DNA of 64,000 nucleotides from Rickettsiales bacterium (GTDB lineage Bacteria; Pseudomonadota; Alphaproteobacteria; Rickettsiales; Rickettsiaceae): NCBI GenBank assembly GCA_031414475.1, contig JANNVO010000053.1, positions 641 to 64,640 of the forward strand, read 5' to 3'. Shown piece by piece: positions 56,249 to 64,000 of this stretch (position 1 is its first letter; each line of letters starts with the position of its first letter). The notes under the pieces were generated by a model. It saw only the letters and a program-made list of their open reading frames with translations, ran no database searches and was not told where the DNA came from. The position numbers and the translations under genes were made by a program.

Positions 56249-56638
56249 CTAGCGAATTAATTTAATATCAGCTTTATCTATATTTAACTCTGCCCATACT
56301 TTATCAGCCGTGTATATTGGTGCTTGCAACTTTATACCAAGAGCAAGACAAGCACGGTCGCCTAAAGATAATCCCTTGTGTTTAACTAGTTCGTTCAATC
56401 TGGCTACCTCAGCGGCCTGATCTAAATCAAATGGAATAATACTTGAGATAATATCATTTATTAAGTTCATAGCATCATCCGGTTTTATATTGCTGCGCTG
56501 TAAGGCTGTTAGAGATTCAGCTATATTAACCGTAGACATTACAGTAAATTTTAATAATGGCTTTATTATCTCTGCTCCTTTTTCTTCTTGTGCAAGAGCT
56601 AAAAAAGCTGAAGCATCTAGTACAATTTTATTGCTCAC
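56249..56638 (-). CDS. vapC: PIN-domain toxin
   Basis: VLDASAFLA, STVNIAE, GLSLGDRACLAL, TADKVW. Confidence 0.92.
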   Translation of the reverse strand: MSNKIVLDASAFLALAQEEKGAEIIKPLLKFTVMSTVNIAESLTALQRSNIKPDDAMNLINDIISSIIPFDLDQAAEVARLNELVKHKGLSLGDRACLALGIKLQAPIYTADKVWAELNIDKADIKLIR

Positions 56639-56888
56639 TTTTTACCTCTGCTCTCCTATTAGCGATTAATTCATCAGCCAAAGAAAAAGATTCACCCGTA
56701 GTATTTGCATGATTTTTCAATTTTTCTTGTAATTTACGTAATGCTTGGTTAGGAGTGGTGATAGAAATTATATCATTGTCACAATGTAATATTATATCAT
56801 CACCTTTAGCTAGGTGAAGCATTTGACGAAAATTGGCGGGAATGATTACTCTTCCACCTTCTCCTAACTTACTGCGTACTGCATTCAT
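56628..56888 (-). CDS. vapB: AbrB-type antitoxin
   Basis: KLGEGGRVIIPANFRQML; SLADELIANRRAE. Confidence 0.88.
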   Translation of the reverse strand: MNAVRSKLGEGGRVIIPANFRQMLHLAKGDDIILHCDNDIISITTPNQALRKLQEKLKNHANTTGESFSLADELIANRRAEVKSEQ

Positions 56889-57212
56889 ACTTACCTCAGC
56901 TTTTAATTATTATGTAATTAGTATAACATACCCATACTTGCTTTAAAAGTTATTATTGTTTAAATAGGTCTATTATTGTATTTATAAGCACCTAAACTTA
57001 TATTAGGTACATTTCAATTTATTGGGTTTTAGAAGGAGAATGACAATAATTATCAAAATGACATATAACTAAGCTTTAAGTGAGAAAATGTCAATATGTA
57101 TTCTAAGATCCCAAATGGAATATGTCAGTAATAATAAAAAAGGACCCTAAACGGACGGAGATGGGGGTAGGGTGGTGGTGCCCAGTTGAGGTACACCATA
57201 AATAGACTGAAT

Positions 57213-57359
57213 TTAAATAGTACTTTTGAGTTTGAGTAATTCGTCTTCTGAAAAGCCAGCTACCGAAGAAATGAACTTAAGATCAATTTTGTCCTTTAGC
57301 ATACTAATAGCTGTTTTCTCTAAAATTGTTTGAACAGGAGTTTCTTGAGCTTTGCTCAT
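57213..57359 (-). CDS. 48-aa stand-alone Rpn (PD-(D/E)XK 'transposase') C-terminal tail protein, not in ORF track
   Basis: MSKAQETPVQTILEKTAISMLKDKIDLKFISSVAGFSEDELLKLKSTI*; in-frame stop 12 codons upstream of the ATG. Confidence 0.6.
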   Translation of the reverse strand: MSKAQETPVQTILEKTAISMLKDKIDLKFISSVAGFSEDELLKLKSTI

Positions 57360-57579
57360 GATGATTTTAATTTCTTTTATGTTAAACAAGGTTTACGCTA
57401 ACCCCTAGTTAATTAAGTTTACTAAGCAGCAATTCTATTAAAAACAATGCTAGCATAGTAAATGGCAACAAAATGGCTGATAGTTTTGCAGCTAGCCAAA
57501 GATGCGAAAATCTCTCTTCAAGCTTTCGATCAATTTGAGCTAAAAGATGTAGTATCTGTTTCACCTTTTAAAGTATCCA

Positions 57580-57885
57580 TTAATTAGTAATTGAAATGAG
57601 CGGTAACAAAAAACCACATTTAGTGGCCTTAACTGCAATTTGATTTAATGTATAGATATCGATTTGAGTTTGTGAATTATCTAATAATATATTATTTCTG
57701 CAGTCGGAGATATCCTTTTTAATTTCTCGGCTTGTAAGACTCAGCTGGTTTAAGCCACTGTTTATTTTCTCTGCATGATAAGCTAAGCTTGTTGGGAAAT
57801 AGAAGAATATAAAAACAATTGAGGGCGCCAATAATAACAGATAATATCCATGTTTTTTTAGAAAATTTTTAATAAAATTAGTCAT
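57580..57885 (-). CDS. Hypothetical membrane-anchored protein
   Basis: 101 aa with an N-terminal TM segment. Confidence 0.5.
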   Translation of the reverse strand: MTNFIKNFLKKHGYYLLLLAPSIVFIFFYFPTSLAYHAEKINSGLNQLSLTSREIKKDISDCRNNILLDNSQTQIDIYTLNQIAVKATKCGFLLPLISITN

Positions 57886-57921
57886 AATAGTTTTTCTTAA
57901 ATTATACCAGAAAATAGATCG

Positions 57922-58242
57922 TTAATGAATTGAATGATTCTTGGTTTCAACCTGTAGCTTTAAACCAAGTGCTGTAAGAAGAGAGCCTATATTATCAAAA
58001 CTTGGGTTGCCTTTATCAGAAAGCATTCTATAAATATGCTGCCTGTTGATATGAGCATGCTTAGAAAACTCAGCTATACCACCCTTTGCCTGTATCACTT
58101 CTTTTAAACTAGCTAAAAATAGTTCCTTATTATGATCTTCAAAATATTGCTCCAACGCTGCATTTATATATTCTTTTACATTCTCCTCGTCTTGGAACTG
58201 ATCTTTTAAATAATTATCAAGATTTTGCATTTTGTACCTCAC
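57922..58242 (-). CDS. Addiction module antidote (HigA-like HTH)
   Basis: FLASLKEVIQAKGGIAEFSKHAHINRQHIYRMLSDKGNPSF. Confidence 0.9.
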   Translation of the reverse strand: MRYKMQNLDNYLKDQFQDEENVKEYINAALEQYFEDHNKELFLASLKEVIQAKGGIAEFSKHAHINRQHIYRMLSDKGNPSFDNIGSLLTALGLKLQVETKNHSIH

Positions 58243-58558
58243 TTTTAAATTCTTCCAATAAATTTTTGGCTAACCTTATGTCTTTATCTTGGGGATCCTT
58301 ATTTCCCGCACACAAAAGAACAATAATCTTGTTGTTATGCTCAACGAAATACACCCTATAACCCTTTGCAAAGAAGAATCTAAGTTCAAAAAGCTTGTTG
58401 CCTAAACTTTTGTAATCTCCATATGAGCCATATTCTAACCTAACCAATCTAAGATTTATTCTAGACCTTGTTTTAGGATCAAGTTTATTTAACCAGCTAG
58501 CAACATGGTTTTTTTGATTCTTATCAACAAAAAACTTTACTTCTTTTATTTTCTGCAT
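58217..58558 (-). CDS. RelE/HigB-like addiction module toxin
   Basis: GDYKSLGNKLFELRFFFAKGYRVYF..LLCAGNKDPQDKDI. Confidence 0.9.
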   Translation of the reverse strand: MQKIKEVKFFVDKNQKNHVASWLNKLDPKTRSRINLRLVRLEYGSYGDYKSLGNKLFELRFFFAKGYRVYFVEHNNKIIVLLCAGNKDPQDKDIRLAKNLLEEFKSEVQNAKS

Positions 58559-58729
58559 TTATCTATAACTAATGTTACATGCTGTATTGTCGCACATAAA
58601 CGACAGTAATGCAATAGTGATTGTGGAAATAAAAAGTATTATATAAAATCTGCATTGTGTTTTTTATACAAATGGCCAGCTGAATTTAATGGGAGTAGCA
58701 GGGCCCTAATTTTTGGCAACTTTTTTGAC

Positions 58730-58963
58730 TTATATACTTTCATAAAAATAGGAAATGTCCCTATTTAAAACTTTGGCCAATAAAGCTAATCTCGATGCGC
58801 TAATTTTATTTGTTGCGTCCTCATATTTTGCAATTTGTTGTTGAGAAACCCCAGCTTTTTTTGCTAAGTCTGACCGGCTCATATCTCCACCTACTCTTAG
58901 GTTGTATATTTTTTTGCCAATAAGTTTATCTATTTTATCAAGTTGATCATCTATATGTTTCAT
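58730..58963 (-). CDS. XRE HTH regulator
   Basis: SRSDLAKKAGVSQQQIAKYEDATNKISASRL. Confidence 0.88.
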   Translation of the reverse strand: MKHIDDQLDKIDKLIGKKIYNLRVGGDMSRSDLAKKAGVSQQQIAKYEDATNKISASRLALLAKVLNRDISYFYESI

Positions 58964-58984
58964 ATTAATACTTCTGTTTTTGGT

Positions 58985-59368
58985 TTAATTGTGTTCTATC
59001 ATCACTATAATTGCAGGACACATCAGCACAATGCTTATAACTATTCCAGCCGTTATTTTCCCTGTTTTTAAAAGAGTACTAGAATTTTTATTTTTTAATT
59101 CTAAAACTATCCAACTCAAAATCAGCCACATAAACAACCAATATATCATACCAACCAAAAAATAAGCCCACGCTAGATCTTTACTGGACTCTGCGTAAAA
59201 ACCTACAGCCATTAATCCTAAAATATGCGTTTCAATTTTCTTGCCGTCCTGCCAACTTGGTATACTCCAATCACTGGTTATGAAATTGTAGAAAAAAATT
59301 CCTGCTAGAATAAATAGCACTATGTGGGAGTACAGAAATATTATAATTTCCTTGGCTAACTCTAGCAT
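58985..59368 (-). CDS. Hypothetical multi-TM protein
   Basis: 127 aa with four hydrophobic segments. Confidence 0.65.
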   Translation of the reverse strand: MLELAKEIIIFLYSHIVLFILAGIFFYNFITSDWSIPSWQDGKKIETHILGLMAVGFYAESSKDLAWAYFLVGMIYWLFMWLILSWIVLELKNKNSSTLLKTGKITAGIVISIVLMCPAIIVMIEHN

Positions 59369-59393
59369 ATTAATTCTCCTTTTATGTTGATAC

Positions 59394-59699
59394 TTACTTT
59401 GTTAGTGCAAGAAAACCAAACACTATCCCAAAGGCTGCAAGCGCCCCAAGAGCTGCTTTTCCGGCTCTTGTTGATCTTTGAAGCATGTTGCCATCACTAA
59501 GCACCGTAAATGCTGCAAAAACAAGATAAACAACATGAAGCCAGTGAGCTTCAACCTCCTTAATTAGTGCATCGCCATAAGGAGAGGTAATCCAGCCGCA
59601 TAATGTTGCCGCTAGTGCTACTGGAATTATAACATAATTGCTGACCCCAGGGTTTTTTCGCGCTTCTTTCTGATCATTTTGTTTATTATCAGTAGTCAT
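59394..59699 (-). CDS. Hypothetical small membrane protein (3 TM)
   Basis: 101 aa; AAGAGGA RBS; starts MTTDNKQND. Confidence 0.7.
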   Translation of the reverse strand: MTTDNKQNDQKEARKNPGVSNYVIIPVALAATLCGWITSPYGDALIKEVEAHWLHVVYLVFAAFTVLSDGNMLQRSTRAGKAALGALAAFGIVFGFLALTK

Positions 59700-59761
59700 A
59701 TAGTTCCTCTTTTGTTATTCATGCATACTTTAAATATAAAGTGTTATACGTGTTATGTCAA
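59673..59761 (-). promoter_or_regulatory. 89-bp promoter/RBS/start cassette, left inverted copy
   Basis: 86/89 identical to 60475-60563. Confidence 0.9.
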
Positions 59762-59895
59762 GAAGCATGTTATATTAAAGATGAAGTTATTTAAGGATAC
59801 ATTAGTATTAATTGGCTAAATTTTAAGCTTCCAGTAGCCTTTCTTCTTGAAATTTAATTTTAAAATCAGAAAAGTACCTAGTAAATTTGGTGTAA

Positions 59896-60324
59896 CTAAA
59901 ATTTATGATATTTATCTATTGTCCATCTTAGAAATTTATCATCAATATGAGGAGATTCAGCTTGGGTTTCAATTGAATACTGGTATACTTCTTTTATTAA
60001 AGCAACTAGCTTTTCTAGTGAAATATTTATTTTCTTTTCTATAATTGAGGTGGTGATAGAATTAGTGGCATCACAAAAGATTTTAATTTGTTCTGCAGTT
60101 AAATTATCGGTCATTATTTTTTCCACATCGAGAAGAAGAAACTCTAAGCTTACGCCTAAGGCTTTTGCGATCAGCTGTAAGTTTTGGGCACTAGGGGTTT
60201 TGGAATTGCCAGCAAGGATGCTATAGACTGTATTCCTATTTAACCCAGTATTTTTTTCAATTTTAACAGCATTGATGTCCTTTTGAGCCATTAGCTCACG
60301 AATCTTATTTTGCAGATTTGTCAT
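59896..60324 (-). CDS. XRE-family regulator between the inverted cassettes (ATG 60324; ORF track extends to 60495)
   Basis: MTNLQNKIRELMAQKDINAVKIEKNTGLNRNTVYSILAGNSKTPSAQNLQLIAKALGVS. Confidence 0.85.
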   Translation of the reverse strand: MTNLQNKIRELMAQKDINAVKIEKNTGLNRNTVYSILAGNSKTPSAQNLQLIAKALGVSLEFLLLDVEKIMTDNLTAEQIKIFCDATNSITTSIIEKKINISLEKLVALIKEVYQYSIETQAESPHIDDKFLRWTIDKYHKF

Positions 60325-60474
60325 TGTATTTAAAATTATTCTTTTTGCTATTCCTTTAAATATAACGTGAAAAATACAAAATGACAATAAAAACTTAATA
60401 ATAGGCTTTACTTTACGTAAAAACCAAGCCAAGTGTAAGCTAAGCTTGTTTGCTTTATCAAAAGAAATAAATGC

Positions 60475-60563
60475 TTGACATAACACGTATAACACTTTAT
60501 ATTTAAAGTATATATGAATAACAAAAGAGGAACTATATGACTACTGATAATAATCAAAATGAT
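60475..60563 (+). promoter_or_regulatory. 89-bp promoter/RBS/start cassette, right copy
   Basis: TTGACA-N17-TATATT, ATAACAC direct repeats in the spacer, AAGAGGA RBS, first 9 codons. Confidence 0.9.
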
Positions 60564-61478
60564 AAAATAACTAAGCGCAAAAAAGTAATGATTTCTGAAA
60601 AAGCTGTTACTTCTTTAGGTATTACAGTAATAAGTATTATTGCAGTGTTTATAATAATTTTCGCTTGTTGCACTAGAATTAAACCCGGGGAAGTTGGGGT
60701 CATTGTAGATTTGATTGGTTCAAAACGAGGGGTAGAAAACAAAGAGTTAACTGTAGGTTTTTACTTTATCCCTCCCTGGAAAGCCGTATATAAATTCCCT
60801 ATATATGAACAAAATCATCAGTGGGTTGGGGAAGAAGGATTTAGTTTTCAAACCTCAGAAGGTTTATCCGTTAATGCGGATATTGGTATAACTTTTAACT
60901 TAGAACCAAATAGAATTCACGAGCTATTTTGCAAATATAGAAGGGGTATGGAAGAAATTACTCACTTATTTATCAGGAACAGTATTCGAGATTCTATTAA
61001 CAGAGTAGCATCCAAAATGAAAATTGAGGATTTGATTGGTTCTAAAAAAGAAGAATTTTTTGATTTAGTACTGGCAAATGTTGCTCAGGAGTTAAAATCT
61101 ATAGGGTTTAATATTTCTCATATTTTTGTTATAGGAAAATTTGAAGTACCGGAGCTGGTTATGCAAGCCTTAAACAAGAAAATAGAAGCTACTCAAAGAG
61201 CTCAACAACGAGAAAATGAACTAAGAGAATCTGAGGCTCAAGCAAGAAAAGAGATGGCTTTAGCTGAAGGTATAGGAAAAAGCAAGATTATTAGTGCTAA
61301 AGCTGAGGCAGAAAGTTTAATAATAGCAGCAACCTCCAAAGCTAATGCTAATAATATACTTTCTAGATCTCTTACTGCCGATTTATTAAAATGGGAAGCA
61401 ATTGCTCAATGGGATGGTAAATTACCTAATGCATTAAGCGGAGAAAATGCAGGGTTTTTAATAGATTTAAAAAAATAA
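60537..61478 (+). CDS. SPFH/prohibitin/band-7 family protein
   Basis: TM anchor, IKPGEVGVIV, FQTSEGLSVNADI, coiled coil KIEATQRAQQRENEL, QWDGKLP. Confidence 0.9.
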   Translation: MTTDNNQNDKITKRKKVMISEKAVTSLGITVISIIAVFIIIFACCTRIKPGEVGVIVDLIGSKRGVENKELTVGFYFIPPWKAVYKFPIYEQNHQWVGEEGFSFQTSEGLSVNADIGITFNLEPNRIHELFCKYRRGMEEITHLFIRNSIRDSINRVASKMKIEDLIGSKKEEFFDLVLANVAQELKSIGFNISHIFVIGKFEVPELVMQALNKKIEATQRAQQRENELRESEAQARKEMALAEGIGKSKIISAKAEAESLIIAATSKANANNILSRSLTADLLKWEAIAQWDGKLPNALSGENAGFLIDLKK

Positions 61479-61764
61479 AGTTACTATATTAGAGTTTGTT
61501 ATAGGTATTATAGTATTTCTGTACTCGCATGTAGGGTTATAGATTTTAGCGGGGGCTTTTTTCTATAATTTCATAACCAGTGATTGGAGTGTACCAAGTT
61601 GGCAGGACGGCAATAAAATATATCACCTGAGAACAGATAGAGGTATGGGTCAAAAGATTGGCACGAGTCACATTTGGGCTCAGAACTTGTAGAAAACACG
61701 GCTTAAATATTGAACAATATACTACTTGAAGTACAATAACCAACATCATACATGAGAATGAATA

Positions 61765-62508
61765 ATGACAAAAATACAAAATGAACTATCTATCTATTTA
61801 AAATATTTAAAACGTGATGTTTTAACTTTAGTCAAACTCATTGCCTATCCACTGACGTTTATACTTTTTAGCTACTTCGGTCACTGGGCATCCAATAATG
61901 CATTTTTGGATAATAAAGAAATCACCGGATTTAACCCAATACCTTGGCAGTATTTCCCATACTTATTCGTTATAATTGCTATATATACAGAATTCGGTTA
62001 TCTTTATTTTGATAAGAAAAAGACTATAATAAACGCTATAAAATCAAATTCTATTAAATTAGATGCGAGTACAAATTTCGGCTTATTTTTAATATCAAAT
62101 AAATTATTTGATAAATCATTATACTCACTTGAATTAGACGGACTTAACCTTACGCTAGGGGATACGAATGATTTAATTAAAATCCTCAATAACAATTCTA
62201 TTAGCAACCTAACTATTCTTAATTGTACTTTTAGTGAAAAGCAATTGATCCTTTTGATTCCTTATATTAAAAATACTAAAACTTTAATAAGCTTTAGGAC
62301 AATAGGAACTAACTTAAGCAAACAAATAGAATTAAACGAGTTTTCCCCTAATTCTGGTGCGGAATTATCTGCCATTATAGACGAAGTAAAAACCTCGCTT
62401 AGTGCGTGGGAGGCCTTCTTAACTAGACGTAATGTTTTTGATGGAACTCCTCCGCCAAAAGACCTGTACTACGATAAATATAAGCTTATAATCCCTGATT
62501 CTAAATAA
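61765..62508 (+). CDS. Hypothetical protein: two TM helices plus LRR-like segment
   Basis: LYSLELDGLNLT / ISNLTILNCTFS / LISFRTIGTNLS periodicity. Confidence 0.6.
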   Translation: MTKIQNELSIYLKYLKRDVLTLVKLIAYPLTFILFSYFGHWASNNAFLDNKEITGFNPIPWQYFPYLFVIIAIYTEFGYLYFDKKKTIINAIKSNSIKLDASTNFGLFLISNKLFDKSLYSLELDGLNLTLGDTNDLIKILNNNSISNLTILNCTFSEKQLILLIPYIKNTKTLISFRTIGTNLSKQIELNEFSPNSGAELSAIIDEVKTSLSAWEAFLTRRNVFDGTPPPKDLYYDKYKLIIPDSK

Positions 62509-62528
62509 TTTAACTAGGAGAAAAAAAT

Positions 62529-62900
62529 ATGCACAAAATTATTTTTATATTTAAAAATAACATAGCAGACATACTAACCACCTTTGTGGTTCTAACATTA
62601 ATTGTGGTAATAGCTCTAGCCCCTGCTTCTGCTCTGGATATTCCAACAAAAACCTCTGTTTGCAAAGAAGTAGGGCAAGGAAGATACCAAAATCTAGACA
62701 AATTCCTTAAACCGACCAGTAGCTTAAGAGACATCAAGCTTAATAATAATGGTGAGCCTATCTATACTGGGCAACAAACTTTAGAACTAATGACATTAAA
62801 CGCAGAATGTGGAGTTCGGATAATGCCTTTCACAGGAGTTTTACTTGGTACAATTGAGGATATTGAAAACATTTATACAAAATATTTTAAAGTCCGATAA
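62529..62900 (+). CDS. Hypothetical exported protein
   Basis: Signal peptide-like segment ending ASA; two Cys; GGAG RBS. Confidence 0.65.
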   Translation: MHKIIFIFKNNIADILTTFVVLTLIVVIALAPASALDIPTKTSVCKEVGQGRYQNLDKFLKPTSSLRDIKLNNNGEPIYTGQQTLELMTLNAECGVRIMPFTGVLLGTIEDIENIYTKYFKVR

Positions 62901-62928
62901 TAATTAAATTGAAACTTACAGACTTATT

Positions 62929-63687
62929 ATGAAAGTATTAAATATTGATCCAGCAACTTGTAAAAGATGGAAATATGCCGATAGAGCTGAATCTGAATTT
63001 TTCAAAATTAATGAACTTGCCGAAGATATTCTAAGGAATGGTCAAATTAATCCTGTCCTCATTAGGCTAAGTGACGATAAAGAATATGAATATGAATTAT
63101 TTGCGGGAGCTAGAAGATGGAGAGCTTGTTTATTAGCACGTATTCCACTTAAAGCAATTCTCACAGACTTTGATGACAAAGAAGCTGCCATATCCCAAAT
63201 TAAGGAAAATGAAAAAGTTGGAATTTCACCTTATAGTAAGGGACTTTCCTACAATCTTTTGATAAAGAATAAAGTACTAACACAAGAACAGCTGGCAATT
63301 AACATTGGTGTATCGAGATCTAAAATCCAAAGCTTGCTTTGTTTTGCAAAAATTCCAAAATCAGTAATAAATGCTATAGATAACACAGACAAAATTTCAG
63401 CGCGAGCTGCTAATAGCATTTATTCCCTTTCAAGGAAAGGAGATGACTATATCAATGCTTTAATAGAAATTGCAGACAAGATTAAAAATGGGTTGGCTAG
63501 CTATGATATTGAAGAATCCGTTAAAACTATCGTATCAGGTAAAAAGGAAGAGATAGACAATGATATTAGAAATAACAAAGGAGAAATTGTTGCCAGATGG
63601 AGAATGGGTTCTCTTATCATTAGGGCTAAAAACAGTACTGATAGAAGAAAGCTCGCTAAATTAGTGGAATATTTTCTAAATGATTAA
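62929..63687 (+). CDS. parB: ParB/RepB/Spo0J family protein
   Basis: GQINPVLIR, FAGARRWRA CTPase motif, EN, HTH LTQEQLAINIGVSRSKI. Confidence 0.9.
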   Translation: MKVLNIDPATCKRWKYADRAESEFFKINELAEDILRNGQINPVLIRLSDDKEYEYELFAGARRWRACLLARIPLKAILTDFDDKEAAISQIKENEKVGISPYSKGLSYNLLIKNKVLTQEQLAINIGVSRSKIQSLLCFAKIPKSVINAIDNTDKISARAANSIYSLSRKGDDYINALIEIADKIKNGLASYDIEESVKTIVSGKKEEIDNDIRNNKGEIVARWRMGSLIIRAKNSTDRRKLAKLVEYFLND

Positions 63688-63738
63688 TTCCCTAATACGT
63701 GTAAGAGAGGATGATTTTTACTCAATCTTTTTTCATTA

Positions 63739-64000
63739 CTAAGCAACTCTTCCTACAAGCCTATCACTTGGCTTAAAGCTAACAATATTACGTTTTGCAA
63801 CTTTGGCAAGGGCAATATTATTATGGTGATTTAATCCATTTGGGAATAGGGGTACGGATTTGAACTCACCGATTTCATCGATGGTAACGGATTGCCCAGC
63901 GGCTACTAGTTCTTGCAAGCTTTGAGCAAACATATCAACCATCGATTCAGCAACAGTTTCGTCAATACCGAATCTGTTGGCAGCAAATTTTACAAACTCA
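63739..64000 (-). CDS. HU/IHF-like DNA-binding protein (5' partial)
   Basis: Frame open to the window end: EFVKFAANRFGIDETVAESMVDMF..VTIDEIGEF..VSFKPSDRL. Confidence 0.75.
   Translation of the reverse strand, partial: EFVKFAANRFGIDETVAESMVDMFAQSLQELVAAGQSVTIDEIGEFKSVPLFPNGLNHHNNIALAKVAKRNIVSFKPSDRLVGRVA

Noticed and set aside
57410-57575. Possible 51-aa GTG-start membrane peptide after the 57580 ORF
   Set aside because: No RBS or family evidence; may be a frameshifted remnant.
59896-60495. 199-aa version of the XRE ORF
   Set aside because: The extension runs into the duplicated promoter; the HTH begins at ATG 60324.
61546-61779. 77-aa minus-strand ORF, and similar short antisense ORFs elsewhere in the track
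   Set aside because: Opposes or overlaps better-supported genes and has no motifs.
1-64000. rRNA, tRNA, prophage structural genes and T4SS mating-pair genes
   Set aside because: No supporting sequence or motifs were seen.

Overview
AT-rich 64-kb stretch that looks like a large Rickettsiaceae-type plasmid or plasmid-derived island. Supporting signs are a DnaA_N-domain replication initiator with a CopG-like gene, ParA, ParB, HU, a giant Ti-type TraA relaxase/helicase/primase with a MOBQ-like oriT, a Sca/rOmpA-like autotransporter and a Rickettsia palindromic element. The host assignment is inference. Accessory content includes an 11.3-kb Tn3-family transposon carrying Kup, CDF, ArsC, DUF2231 and a multicopper oxidase, next to corA. 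There is also an AsmA/DUF1207/entericidin envelope cluster, four ankyrin(-like) proteins, a TPR + CheD/NTAN1-like deamidase candidate effector, many TA modules, Fic proteins and decayed IS6 copies. Elements read directly from the DNA and absent from the ORF track include an entericidin gene, an Rpn-tail mini-gene, integrase and resolvase fragments, a group II intron D5/D6 relic, a candidate antisense copy-control RNA, parS-like palindromes and an 89-bp mirror-image promoter cassette. No rRNA, tRNA or CRISPR array was found. All family assignments come from motif recognition by eye, without database searches.
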